Below are positions 1 to 14,541 of a DNA stretch of 64,000 bases, piece after piece. A program made the position numbers and the translations under genes. The DNA is from Kofleriaceae bacterium (GTDB taxonomy: Bacteria; Myxococcota_A; Polyangia; Haliangiales; Haliangiaceae), in the NCBI GenBank assembly GCA_965215005.1, contig CBDCCZ010000061.1, positions 123,055 through 187,054 on the forward strand, written 5' to 3'. The number at the start of each line of letters is the position of its first letter. Position 1 is the first letter of the stretch. The notes under the pieces were generated by a model. It searched no databases. It worked only from the letters and a program-made list of their open reading frames with translations, and was not told the DNA's origin.

Positions 1-166
1 GTTACTGCGCCTGACAGCGGTCCGGAGACAAGGCCTCGATGGGAAGAGTGGGTCGTGTTTCGGCACTCGCCGCTTCCCCTGGTGCTGCTTTGAGACGTGA
101 TCACCATCGTTTGCCGGTCCGCGGTCGTCGCCGGACGGGGCGTCTTTGCGGTAGGCTTTGCGCCGC

Positions 167-739
167 ATGCAGGCTCCCGATGCCACCGCGGCCGCTCAAG
201 CCAGCGCCAGTGCCGAACTTGCTCGTGCGGTGGCGTTCGTGCCCAGCGCAGTCGCGCCGGCGGGCAGCGCCGCAGCGTTCTTGCTGCGAACGATTGCCGC
301 GCGAGCCGGATGTTACGCGCCAGGCATCCAGGAGCGGCTGTTCTTCGAGCTCACCCGCCCGCGCTCAGGCGCCTCGATCGATGGCGTTAGCGCGTGGCTC
401 GGCACGCGCCTCAGCGAGTTGTCCTACCTCGGGTATCGCGTCTTGGCTCGGCGGGGCGCGGTGCCGACGCCGGAGCTGCTCGACTGGGTGGGGGCGGGCC
501 GCGGCTTCCGCGGTGCGCTGCTCGCGACCGACACGCAGCGGCTCCACCCCGACTCCCAGCACCGCGGCGCCGGCGCGGTGGGGCTTTGGTGGGGGAGTCA
601 CGAGGACGAAGGCGAGGCGCTGCGCGTCAGCGACGCGTTGCTGGGCGTCGCCCCCGCGCCCCCGCCGGCCACGTTAGAAGCCGCGCACCGGATGCAAAAG
701 TACGCGGTCCTGTGTCTATTCTGGGCTGGCTATTCGTGA
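167..739 (+). CDS. Hypothetical protein
   Basis: Protein-like ORF (track 158..739; first ATG at 167) ending 92 bp before the helicase; no recognisable motif. Confidence 0.55.
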   Translation: MQAPDATAAAQASASAELARAVAFVPSAVAPAGSAAAFLLRTIAARAGCYAPGIQERLFFELTRPRSGASIDGVSAWLGTRLSELSYLGYRVLARRGAVPTPELLDWVGAGRGFRGALLATDTQRLHPDSQHRGAGAVGLWWGSHEDEGEALRVSDALLGVAPAPPPATLEAAHRMQKYAVLCLFWAGYS

Positions 740-831
740 TCCGGCCGGTGGTTTCGCTTGCTCGGCTCCACGGCGGTTGCTAGAAACCCGCGACCCCGGC
801 GTCCGCCGCCCTCCCTCAGCGTTAGGTTTCC

Positions 832-2523
<1,692 letters not shown>

Positions 2524-2535
<12 letters not shown>

Positions 2536-2678
2536 CCCGCGGCCGTCGCTGACCCGCGGCCGTCGCTGACCCGCGGCCGTCGCTGACCCGCGGCCGCCAA
2601 GGCCGTCGCTGACCTGCGACCGTCCAGGGCCGTCGCTGACCCGCGGCCGTCGCTGACCCGCGGCCGTCGCTGACCCGC
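2524..2678 (+). repeat. 17-bp tandem repeat GGCCGTCGCTGACCCGC, 8 copies
   Basis: Four perfect copies (2524-2591), a 9-bp partial, one copy with 1 mismatch (2601-2617), a 10-bp degenerate piece, then three perfect copies (2628-2678). The first copy contains the helicase stop codon. Confidence 0.95.
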
Positions 2679-2735
2679 GGCCGCTCCCCGACCCGACTCA
2701 CACCAGCGCGGCATTCCCGCACTTACCCGAACACG

Positions 2736-3344
2736 TCAGACCCGCCGACGGCGCAATCCAAGGAACGCGGCGATCACGAGCAGCGCACCGGCAAACGCTG
2801 GTGGCTCGCTCGATTGACAGCCGCAGCCGCGAGCGCCGCGATCCACCTTTGCCGGAGCCGGAGCGGCCGGTGACTCCTGCTCTGGCGGAGTCGCAGGGTC
2901 TGGCGGAGCAGCGCTGGGCGCGGTGGGGGGAGCCACCGCGTTCAACGCGGCGATATCGTCGGCTGCATCGGCCAGCCGCGCCGTGCGTGAGCACAACGTC
3001 ACGTGGTAGCCGCCATCTTGCTCGCCGGCATACACCAGATAGCGTTCCCCTTCGCTAAAGCCATACCCGCACGAAGCGCTGCTATCGGACGTGGTGAACG
3101 TGAGCGTTGGCTCCTGCGAGCCTTTGTAAATCGTCTCGACCGCAAACGAGATCCGCACCAGAGTGCCCGCATCGGCGGGTTCCACCGCTTGCACGCTGCC
3201 GACCCAAACACCCGCAGCAGCCTCCAATGCCTCGGCCGGCGGCGGCGGCCGCATGCAGCTGCAGGCATGAGCGGCATCGACTGCCAAAAGCGAGGTCGCG
3301 GTGAATGCCAGAGCGGCGATCAAAATGACCTTTGTTTGCAACAT
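2736..3344 (-). CDS. Secreted TIMP/NTR-like protein with MYXO-CTERM-like anchor
   Basis: ATG 3344; signal peptide ending AHA then CSC; 'SSASCGYGF..GERYLVYA...LCSRT'; Pro-rich linker; GCGC + hydrophobic helix + RRRR C-terminus. Confidence 0.8.
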   Translation of the reverse strand: MLQTKVILIAALAFTATSLLAVDAAHACSCMRPPPPAEALEAAAGVWVGSVQAVEPADAGTLVRISFAVETIYKGSQEPTLTFTTSDSSASCGYGFSEGERYLVYAGEQDGGYHVTLCSRTARLADAADDIAALNAVAPPTAPSAAPPDPATPPEQESPAAPAPAKVDRGARGCGCQSSEPPAFAGALLVIAAFLGLRRRRV

Positions 3345-3579
3345 TGTCCTACTATAAGTGAAAGGCGCTTGCTCCCGACGATGCAACAGCCGCAGTAGTA
3401 TGCCTCCGCTGAGCCACTCTTCGCTTGGCCAGTATTTGGACGCGAACGCAAACACTTGTGCGCGGCTCGCTGTCGTATGTCCGTTCCAAGAGAAGTCGGC
3501 CGGTATGGAGCAGCGTAAGTGCTCGACGAACCCCGGGTGGCGGCGGGCGCGAATACGTGGTTGACCGGCGGCTTGGTCG

Positions 3580-5151
3580 CTACGGTGCCGGCGGATCAGC
3601 GAGCCAGTTTTCCGGCAGCAGCTCGTCCAGGCGCGACATCATCCAGCCAGACGACAGCTTGACGAGGACGTCGCGCACGTACGCATGCAGGTCGAGTCCT
3701 TCACGCGCGGCGGTCTCCAGGACGGTCAGGATGATGGATGCGCGCTGCCCGCCGGTGTCGGCGCCAGCGAAGAGCCAATTCTTGCGACCGATCGCCGGTC
3801 CGCGAATGATGCGCTCGACATCGCCGTTGTCGAGCTCGAGGGCGCCGTCCTTTTCGACAACGCGCAGAATGTCCCAGTGGTTCAACGCGTAGGTGATCGC
3901 TTGCCCGAGACGCGACTTCGGCGGCACGGCATCGCGGTGCTCCTCGAGCCATGCTTCGAGCTGATCGAGCAGGGGGACGAGCTCGAGCTGCCGGCGGTCG
4001 TAACGCGCGTCGTGGCTGTCATCGGCCTCGCGCGCGGCGCGCTCGATGGCGTACATGCCCCTAATGAGCTCGAGCGGCACGGCTGCGCGTGCGTCCTTGG
4101 CTTCGAACGCTTTGACGAAGTAGCGGCGTGCATGCATCCAACAGCCGACGAGCAAGATTGGCCGATCGCGAGCGATGGAGTCGTAGCCCTTGTAGCCGTC
4201 GACCTGCATCCACCCAATCCGCGATCCGAGAAATGTCTCGGCGGTCTTAGCATTCCAGTCCGGCGTGTACTTGAACGCGATGTATTTGTGGTCGCCGACG
4301 AGCACCCAGAGATGTGCGCGCTTGATGCCCCGCTTCTTGCGGCGGTCCAGCACATCGATGCGGGTATCGTCGACCTGCAACGCGTGCGCGAGCATCGCCA
4401 GCTCGTAGATGCGGTTGGCGATCGGCTCGAGTAAGAAAGCGACGGCGGCGACCCAATCGACGAGCGTATTTCGATGAAGCTCGACGCCCGAGCGCTGGTA
4501 GATCCGCGTCTGCCGCGCCAGCGGGCAGCGGTCCTTGTACTTGGAAACCACCACCTGCGTGAGCAATCCGGGACCGGCCAGGCCTTTGTCGATGACCTTT
4601 GCGGGGACCGGCGCGGTCATGATCTCGCCGGCGGCGTTCGACCACGTCTCGCGCACGTAGACGAGCACCTTGAAGCGCGCGGGCTCGTACTCGAGCACTT
4701 CACTTCGCTCCTCACCGACTTTGGTCATCCCGACCCGATCTGTCAGCTGCTCCTCGGTAGGCGCGATGCGAACTTCTTCACGCGGCAGCTCGGCGGGCAG
4801 AGGACGGCGTCCATTGCCGTCTCCACGCTTGCGCGTCCGAGGCGGATCATCCGGGAGCATCGCATCAGGGGCGGGTGCATCCGCAGGCACCGATAGGTCT
4901 TGCCGCAGCTCGTCGAACGCTAGCCGCAGCTGGTTCGGATCGACCCGTTCGCTCGAGCGGCCATAGACCTTCTTGGTCAGCTCGACCACCTTCTGCGTGA
5001 GCAGAAGGTTCTCGGTCCGCGCTGCGCTGAGCACCGAGCGGACCGCGCCCAAAAGGATGTCTTTACGACCGGCGTCGAAGAGCTTGCCGAGCTCGGCAAC
5101 GACCTCGTCGAGGTCCGAATCGCTGCGTGCGTCGCCTGCCACTCCTTCCAT
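3580..5151 (-). CDS. tnpC: IS66 DDE transposase TnpC
   Basis: YGRSSE, PLARQ, QVDDT, QVDGYKGY, CWMHARRYF, LDNGDVER, GRKNWLFAG. Confidence 0.95.
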   Translation of the reverse strand: MEGVAGDARSDSDLDEVVAELGKLFDAGRKDILLGAVRSVLSAARTENLLLTQKVVELTKKVYGRSSERVDPNQLRLAFDELRQDLSVPADAPAPDAMLPDDPPRTRKRGDGNGRRPLPAELPREEVRIAPTEEQLTDRVGMTKVGEERSEVLEYEPARFKVLVYVRETWSNAAGEIMTAPVPAKVIDKGLAGPGLLTQVVVSKYKDRCPLARQTRIYQRSGVELHRNTLVDWVAAVAFLLEPIANRIYELAMLAHALQVDDTRIDVLDRRKKRGIKRAHLWVLVGDHKYIAFKYTPDWNAKTAETFLGSRIGWMQVDGYKGYDSIARDRPILLVGCWMHARRYFVKAFEAKDARAAVPLELIRGMYAIERAAREADDSHDARYDRRQLELVPLLDQLEAWLEEHRDAVPPKSRLGQAITYALNHWDILRVVEKDGALELDNGDVERIIRGPAIGRKNWLFAGADTGGQRASIILTVLETAAREGLDLHAYVRDVLVKLSSGWMMSRLDELLPENWLADPPAP

Positions 5152-5207
5152 TAGCCATGGCGATCCGCCGCAATCAAACCGTCCCGAAACCTATTTGCAG
5201 ACTTTCT

Positions 5208-5567
5208 CTATTTCCACTGCGTCGATGGTTGCCAGCGCGGCCGCCTCCGCGCATTCGACAGATCGATTCCCTCCACGATCAGCGCCAGCTCTGCGGCTTC
5301 TAACTCGATCACGCCATCCGTGGTCCCGTTCGGCAGCACGAACGTGCCGCACTCGAGCCGTTTGGCCACCAACGCATAGCCGTTTCGATCCCAGTACACA
5401 GCCTTCATCATCGTGCGGCGGCGATTGAAAAACACGAACAGGTGCCCAGAGAGCGGATCCTGCGCGATCACGCTCTGCACTGCGCTCGAGAGCCCATCGA
5501 ACGACTTGCGCATACCCATCGGCGCGACCGCGACGAACACGCGCATCGTCGGCGCTACGCTGAGCAT
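5208..5567 (-). CDS. tnpB: IS66 accessory protein TnpB
   Basis: MRKSFDGL, LFVFFNRRR, YWDRNG, KRLE..F. Confidence 0.93.
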   Translation of the reverse strand: MLSVAPTMRVFVAVAPMGMRKSFDGLSSAVQSVIAQDPLSGHLFVFFNRRRTMMKAVYWDRNGYALVAKRLECGTFVLPNGTTDGVIELEAAELALIVEGIDLSNARRRPRWQPSTQWK

Positions 5568-5917
5568 CGACCCTCAAGCGCGTTGGCCAGTCGCGCGAGA
5601 CGCTCAGCGTCGATCTGTTCGCTGACGCGAAGCTGTCGCCCATTCGTCAGCAACACCTCCACGACTGTCCCGCTCGACGCGCGACCACTCGCGGCGCTCG
5701 CGACCTGCGTGACCTCGACGAACGCTACTGGTTCGGTGCGCTCACGATCGAGCCGCTGACCGCGCCGCGGTCGATCAAGCTGCCCTCGCCACCACGAGAG
5801 CCGCTGCGCATTGATCCCGATCCTGTCAGCGAACGACTGATCGCTCGGCGCCCGGTCGGCCTGATCGAGAACTCGGCCGGCGTGGTCCGCCGTCCATCGC
5901 TTCTGCTGTTTTGCCAT
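5555..5917 (-). CDS. tnpA: IS66 TnpA-like HTH protein
   Basis: First ORF inside the IR, overlapping tnpB; 'SFADRIGINAQRLSWWR', 'AFVEV', 'VEVLLTNGRQLRV'. Confidence 0.8.
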   Translation of the reverse strand: MAKQQKRWTADHAGRVLDQADRAPSDQSFADRIGINAQRLSWWRGQLDRPRRGQRLDRERTEPVAFVEVTQVASAASGRASSGTVVEVLLTNGRQLRVSEQIDAERLARLANALEGRCSA

Positions 5918-7077
5918 CCAGGGACCGTCGCCCGCTGGCAGCTTTTATCAACCCGGGGTTCGTCGGGCACTTACGGAGCAGCGGAGTTATCGGCTAACCA
6001 AACCGTGAGAACGCTCTTGGCTTTTGCCATTTACGCATCTCGGGCGGCTGGAGAGCTCGCCATATCCGCAGCGTCGAACAGCCAAAGCACGTCGCCAAGG
6101 TTGTGTAGGCTCAACCGCGAAGAGAAGATGAGTTGTCGAATGGGTCCTGAGACTTACCGACGTCGTCCCAATCGCAGCCGCCGGAAAATGCTCAATAAGT
6201 GAATCCCATTCTACCAGCTACCAGCCCATCTGCCACCTTTCGTTACGTTCTTAGGAGTGACGCGCGGACGTGAAACAGCGAGGAGAGCTACCTTACTTGG
6301 TTGCCGATTTACCCTTGGAGAAGTTGGCCATGGTTAGGACCACGCTCAAGAGAAGAAGCAAAGTAAGGAGTCGCGGGATGACCAAGCATGCTCGATCCAG
6401 TTGCCCAGCTGAAGGAGCGGACTGAATGCCGTAGAGTCAGAGGTTAAAAATCTTGGTTAGATTGGAAATGTGATCGGACGGATACCCTTTATCGGGACAG
6501 CTCGTAGGATTCACCACGCAATACGTACTAGCTTGTCCCGATGGCACGTCGGGGTTGTACAGGATAATGACCTTTCCGCCGATATTGCCCGTGATGGTAT
6601 TGCCATGGATGCAGATGCCGTTGTCGCAGTCATTCGGTGGAAGATGATAGTCATCGCTTAGTATCGCACCATCACCTGATTCTAGCGCCGCCTGCTTCGG
6701 AGCCGTCAACAAGTGGTTCCGCGTCACTCCACTGTCGTCCTTTGGATCGTAACCCTTGTGGGTCATCATCAGAGGTACACAGAAATTCTCAGTTGGATCA
6801 CACGTGCTTTTCTGCCCGAATGTGAAGTGGTTGTCGGCAAGGTTATAGCCTCGACCAAACCATTCATCACCGGGATCCACTGCGTCATTCTCGGCCGAAA
6901 TGTTTATAAATGGCACATTGACCTCGGCAGATCCGAGTGAATCGAAGCTGCCGGTGGAGTAGAATCGGGAACGGGAAACCTTTGAAGCAATGATTTCGTC
7001 GCGGAACTTGACGTAGGTCCCAGAGCAGTCCTCGAAATAGCTTCTGTCAATATCGAGATTGACCACCGCAAACTGCA

Positions 7078-8645
7078 GGGTGTAGATCCAATCCTGAATT
7101 TGCGCCGCACCGGGAATCCGGATCGATTTCAGTTGGTTAGAGGGGCATGAGCAAGAAAGCCACCGCCCGAAAGAGCGCGCCTTGTACAACCACCACGGCG
7201 AAAACCCGTAGCGATCGCGTCGCAGAGATCATGGGCTTCGTCGATGCTCAGCGGATGCAAAAGGATCTCAAGCCCGGCTGGTTCGAGGAGGTCGAGGCGG
7301 AGCTGCGGGAAAAGATGCTCGAGCTTGAGCGTGACCTGACGGCCGAAGTGATGGCCGCGCACGACGTGGACGCCGCAGCCCTCGAGATCGATGGCAAGGT
7401 TCACCGACGAGTGCTCCGCGCCGCGCAGACCTACATGACGGCGGCTGGGCCGGTGACGGTCGAGCGGTGGCTCTACCGTGATCGCAACGACGATACTGCG
7501 CGCAGTGTCAGCCCGATGGAGGCCAAGCTCGGGTTGATCGACTTCTGGACGCCGCGCGCAGCCAAGCAAGGATTCTGGCTGGTCTCGCAAATGACGCCGC
7601 AGAAGGCCGAAGAGGCGCTTCGACGCTTGGGAATCATGAATCCGTCCAAGAGCAGTCTCGACCGGCTGCCGAAGTTGCTGAGCGAGCGGTGGGAGGCCGA
7701 CCGCGCGGCGCACGAAGCCGCACTCCGCGATGCCCTGACCGTCCCGGAAGGAACGACGTCTGTCGCCGTATCGCTCGACGGCGTGCTAGCACCCATAGAC
7801 GGCGGGAAGCGGCCAAGCGAGGTGCGCAACGCTGCCGCCCGACAAGGCCGTATCAGCAAAGGGCCCGCCGGCTACCGTGAAGTGGGATGCGGTACCGTTT
7901 CGTTCTGCGATTCCGAGGGAGACCTGCTGGGTGCGATCCGCATTGCGCGCGCACCGGAGGCAAAGAAGCGAACGCTTAAAGAGTCGCTCATCGCCGAGTT
8001 AACGGCGGTCCTTCGGCAGCGCCCCGACCTCAAGGTCGTCAAAGTCGCCGACGGCGCGATCGACAACTGGAACTTCCTCACGAATGAGCTTCCCGACGGT
8101 GAGGAAGCGCTCGACTTTTTCCACGCCACCGAGCACCTGCACGCTGCCATTGCCGCTGCCTACGGCGACGGCACTCGAGAAGCTCGGCTGCGGTTCGAAG
8201 AGCTCCGTGAGATTCTGCGCGACGATGATGGCGGGGTGGAGCGAGTCATCCGCGCGCTCGACAACCTCCGACGCCGATTCCCGCGTCGAGAGAAGCTCCG
8301 CCAGTGTGCTGCCTACTTCCGCAAGAACCGGCGTCGCATGCAGTACGCGGCGCTCAAAGCGGAGGGCCTACCCATCGGCTCGGGCGTCGTTGAGGCCGCA
8401 TGCAAGACTCTCGTTGCGCAGCGCCTCAAGCTCAGCGGTATGCGCTGGGGCCACGGCGCGCAAGCCATTCTTACCGCACGCGGCTGGGATCAAAGCGAGC
8501 GTTTCGACCAAGCCTGGGCACTGCTCGCTGCGCACTACCAGGCTGAAGTTCATGTCCTAGCCAACGTGGTGCCTTTCAGTCCAGCGTGGTCTCGAAAGCG
8601 GTGACGCCGCTGCGGCCTGAGATGCGCAGGATCAGAACTACACCC
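7078..8645 (+). mobile_element. ISKra4/ISLre2-like (Mutator-type) insertion sequence (1568 bp)
   Basis: IRs GGGTGTAGATCCAATCCTG (7078-7096) and reverse complement GGGTGTAGTTCTGATCCTG (8627-8645), 16/19; 8-bp target duplication AAACTGCA (7070-7077 / 8646-8653). Confidence 0.92.
7147..8604 (+). CDS. ISKra4/ISLre2-like DDE transposase
   Basis: VSLDG, VADGA, LDFFHATEHL, GLPIGSGVVEAACK, RLKLSGMRW. Confidence 0.88.
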   Translation: MSKKATARKSAPCTTTTAKTRSDRVAEIMGFVDAQRMQKDLKPGWFEEVEAELREKMLELERDLTAEVMAAHDVDAAALEIDGKVHRRVLRAAQTYMTAAGPVTVERWLYRDRNDDTARSVSPMEAKLGLIDFWTPRAAKQGFWLVSQMTPQKAEEALRRLGIMNPSKSSLDRLPKLLSERWEADRAAHEAALRDALTVPEGTTSVAVSLDGVLAPIDGGKRPSEVRNAAARQGRISKGPAGYREVGCGTVSFCDSEGDLLGAIRIARAPEAKKRTLKESLIAELTAVLRQRPDLKVVKVADGAIDNWNFLTNELPDGEEALDFFHATEHLHAAIAAAYGDGTREARLRFEELREILRDDDGGVERVIRALDNLRRRFPRREKLRQCAAYFRKNRRRMQYAALKAEGLPIGSGVVEAACKTLVAQRLKLSGMRWGHGAQAILTARGWDQSERFDQAWALLAAHYQAEVHVLANVVPFSPAWSRKR

Positions 8646-10404
8646 AAACTGCACGTAGATGTGATGAGCGCCGGGATCATAACCGTTACGAATGAAATCG
8701 CTGTATCGGACTTGAACGTCCTCGACCTGACCGTCGCTCTCGAATGTGCCCGGTGCCTTCTGGTGCGCATAAAAGCTCAACGCTCCGTATCTGAGCGACG
8801 TCATCTCACGCACGGTGAGCCCCTCAACTCGGATGCCTTTGCTCGTCCTATTAGGGCCGGCATAGAATTGAATTCCAGTGCTTATTGTTCCTACTGTGTT
8901 CGCTGTAAGATGAATGTTTCGAACAGTGACATTGTTGGAGTTACAAATCCGCACTAGGTGATTGACGGCTCCGGTTGCTTTTATGCTGACTCCGTGCGCC
9001 GACGCCCCTTCGATTAGTAGCCGACTCGTTTCGGTCCAGCCGGCACTTCCACACGATGATAGTGTGTCGGTGCCCCTCGGAATACGGAGAGCATCAGCGT
9101 CGGACGCGATTATATAATTCCCGTCCGCGATGACCACTCGCACTGGGCCGGTCGCGAGCGATGCTACGACGTCTTCCCACATGTTGTCGTTATTCAATGT
9201 AGTGGGTGAGCTAGGCGTGTTCTTTCCTAGCACTGCGTCGCTTCCCGTGGGAGCTACGTAGTAGGTGTTGTCAAACTTTTCGACGATGACGACGTCGTCG
9301 AAATAGGCGTCGCACAAGGATGAGAGTGGACAGTACAGGATGACCTCTGCCTGCGTGGTACCATCTGGAGGCACGGACGTCACTGTTGTAGAGAGAGCCG
9401 AGTGCCAGGCCGACGTCGCATCGGGCGAAATGACGTGGCTTGACAGTAGCTCGGTTCCATGGTGATCGTAGAATTTCAGATATAGGCTCACCGGAGCGGA
9501 ACCCGCAGCTAAGTAGACAGGGACCGACGCTGTGTAGCGCGTGCCCGCGGACGCCTTAAAACTCGTAGCTGCACTTCCCGATGAGGTAGGGGAGCTGTCG
9601 ACGAGTCGGAGTACGCGATTGCCGGAATCGACCCGGATCGAGCGCGGTACTGACATTTTTCGCCCGATGGATAACGTTCATACCAGCTTGTAGGATATCC
9701 GCTACTGACCGGGTCAAATTCAAAGTCGTGATTGGCAGCAAGGCTTTGGTCTGTCCGCTTGAAGACGAAATTGTCCCAGTCGGAGCTGCCGATTCTCGAG
9801 CTCGATGAGTAGGCGACAAGTTTTGCTTCGACAGCACCTATGGGAACAGAGCTTGAGCCAGAGCTGACAGTCTGCCATGCGCCGGTTTGGCCGGAGGCCT
9901 CGTGTGCTGTGCTCTGGAGCAGCCTCCCGGCGGCGTCGAAGTATTGGACATAGAGGTAAGGGGCCTGTCCGCTACGTCGGTAGACCTGAGCCTCGGCCAC
10001 AAACTGGGCCCCGGGCGTTACTGGAATACCCCGCGAGCTCCAACCTTCGCTTGCGGATGTTGAAACGTCACTAATGTTGAGGGCGTACTTACCGCTCTTG
10101 CTGCGATCCGTTGTCGCACCCGAAGCCGAGGAACTATCGTACGTGTTCTCCCAAGCATTGGTCCCTTCGAAGCTTCCGTCGATGATCTGATTGATTTGCG
10201 CATGTGCCGGCGCCGCGAGGAGGCTACTCGCGATCCCCAAAGCTAGGCATGCCCAGCTACACGCGAAGGCTCCGCGTGTGCATCGACCACGAGTTCTATC
10301 CATACGGTAAGTTAGCGACAAACTAGTTCTGGTCACAACGGGGCGCGGAGCCGTATTCAGGCGAAGGCAAGCTTTGTCGTCGCAGCGTCGCAGCAGCCGC
10401 TATC

Positions 10405-11601
10405 TCACTGCTGGCGCAGCTTGAGTCCGGCGGGCCCTTCGCGGTCGACCTCGATCGAGGCGTCGCCAAACAGCCAGGCTAGCGCCGCCTCTCCAGCCAA
10501 CTCCCGACGCCATCCGGTTAACAGATCAATGGCCGGCTCAGAGGTGCCACGCTCACCACCGCCATCGGCCCACTCGGCCAGAACCTCGGCCTCCGACTTG
10601 GTCGCAACGAATCGCGGTGCGATGCCGGATTCGGCACAGCGCGCGTTCACCAAGCTGGCGACGATCTGCGCCCACATCTGCGCCCGCGGGCTCAAGGGTC
10701 TTGGCAAAACCGAATCGCCCTTCACCGGCCGCTGGCTACCATGCGCGATAGCCGCCAAGATCGCCGCGCCGTAGCGCCGCACGGTGCCATCGCCCACGCC
10801 ACGCGCGGCACGCAGCTCGCGCTCGTTCTTCGCGCCAGCCTTACACACCTCGAGCATCGCCCGATCCGCCAGGATCCACGATGGCGGCCGATTCGACGCC
10901 AGCGCTTCCTCCATGCGCCAACTCGCGAGCGCCTTGAGCGCACCGAGCGCTTTCCCCTTGAGCGCCCTGCTGCCCTTGATGTCGAGATAGGCCTCTTGCG
11001 GCGGCACTCGTTGGCTCGCGCTCGCGACCAGACGTGCCGACTCCTCGCGCACCCACTCCAAGCGATGCGACGCCGCCAACATCTCGTGCAGCGCGCTCCA
11101 CACCCGCGGCAGATACCGCACGTCATCGAGCGCGTAGCGCAGTTGATCGGCGGTGAGTGGACGCTTGAGCCAAGCGGTGTACTGCGCGCCCTTGTCGAGG
11201 CTGACCCCGACCAATCGCTCCACCAGCTTTGCGTAACCAATTTGATCGCCGATGCCGACGAAGGCCGCGGCGATCTGGGTGTCCCATAGCGAGGTGGCGG
11301 TAACTTCGAACCGCGTCGATAGCAGCGAGAGGTCTTGTTTGGCGCCATGGGCCACCAGCTGCACCGCGGGGTCGGCAATCACTGCGAAGAGCGCGTGCGG
11401 CACCAGCGCCAGGCAATCGATCGCCGCGACCTGGGGTGCCTCGATCTCGCCCCATGCCACCTGCAACACCGCCAACTCGGGAACGTATCGACCTTCGGAG
11501 ACGAACTCGAGATCGAAGTACATCACTGCCGAGCTACGCACCGCCAAAGCGATCCGTTCGACGTCTTCGGAGGTTGTGATCAACTGCTGCGTGCTCGCCA
11601 C
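10405..11601 (-). CDS. rnd: Ribonuclease D (DEDD 3'-5' exonuclease plus HRDC)
   Basis: [39 protein letters not shown] '[17 protein letters not shown]'. GTG start at 11601 is inferred. Confidence 0.9.
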   Translation of the reverse strand: MASTQQLITTSEDVERIALAVRSSAVMYFDLEFVSEGRYVPELAVLQVAWGEIEAPQVAAIDCLALVPHALFAVIADPAVQLVAHGAKQDLSLLSTRFEVTATSLWDTQIAAAFVGIGDQIGYAKLVERLVGVSLDKGAQYTAWLKRPLTADQLRYALDDVRYLPRVWSALHEMLAASHRLEWVREESARLVASASQRVPPQEAYLDIKGSRALKGKALGALKALASWRMEEALASNRPPSWILADRAMLEVCKAGAKNERELRAARGVGDGTVRRYGAAILAAIAHGSQRPVKGDSVLPRPLSPRAQMWAQIVASLVNARCAESGIAPRFVATKSEAEVLAEWADGGGERGTSEPAIDLLTGWRRELAGEAALAWLFGDASIEVDREGPAGLKLRQQ

Positions 11602-11733
11602 CGGTGCCCCGTTGCGCGCCGCCAAACGCATTGGCGTCGGAGCAACGCTCGTAGATACCGGAGCCCGTCCTCCGTTGGCAAGCGCTGCCGTCGCTGCGTT
11701 CACGTGCGGCTGCCGAATCGCCACCGACGTGCA

Positions 11734-11742
11734 TGCTATAGT
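11734..11742 (+). promoter_or_regulatory. Extended -10 box (TGcTATAGT) upstream of acnA
   Basis: TG-n-TATAGT ending 10 nt before ATG 11753; no Shine-Dalgarno sequence between them. Confidence 0.5.
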
Positions 11743-11752
11743 CCGCGCCGCC

Positions 11753-14434
<2,682 letters not shown>

Positions 14435-14453
14435 CGCCGGCGCCGGGGTCTCG

Positions 14454-14485
14454 AGCCGGGCGCGGTTAGCGCGCTCGGCTGCTTT
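14454..14485 (+). terminator. Possible intrinsic terminator between convergent acnA and RND genes
   Basis: Stem AGCCGGGCGCG / CGCGCTCGGCT (one G-U pair) followed by GCTTT; weak U tract. Confidence 0.35.
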
Positions 14486-14541
14486 ACGCGGTCACTGCGT
14501 AGCGCCGTCGAGACGGCTCGCGCGGTCGTTCAAATTGCGAA

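Larger units (their letters stand above)
3515..5974 (-). mobile_element. Complete IS66-family insertion sequence (2460 bp)
   Basis: 24-bp terminal inverted repeats GTAAGTGC[T/C]CGACGAACCCCGGGT (3515-3538 / 5951-5974, 23/24 match); 8-bp target duplication GGAGCAGC (3507-3514 / 5975-5982); tnpA-tnpB-tnpC order. Confidence 0.96.
6437..10303 (-). pseudogene. Interrupted secreted protein: signal peptide, two CBM4/9-like (galactose-binding-fold) domains and a right-handed beta-helix (polysaccharide lyase-like) domain
   Basis: Three ORF pieces (9509..10336, 8550..9656, 6437..7189). Removing the IS at 7078-8645 plus one target copy rejoins ...HHIYVQF-AVVNLDIDRSYFED... in frame. Frameshift near 9635-9660. 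Motifs: AHA-Q signal, 'DGSFE'/'NHDFE', 'YFDDV', 'YYVAPTGSD', 'IADGNY'. Confidence 0.8.

Noticed and set aside
5983..6436. Possible small gene or ncRNA beside IS66
   Set aside because: No convincing ORF, even after rejoining across the IS, and no recognisable RNA structure.
6437..7189. Stand-alone 250-aa gene from the ORF track
   Set aside because: Its N-terminus is read from the IS end; the remainder is the 3' part of the interrupted gene.
3515..8645. Composite transposon formed by the two IS elements
   Set aside because: Different families, and each has its own target duplication, so these are independent insertions.
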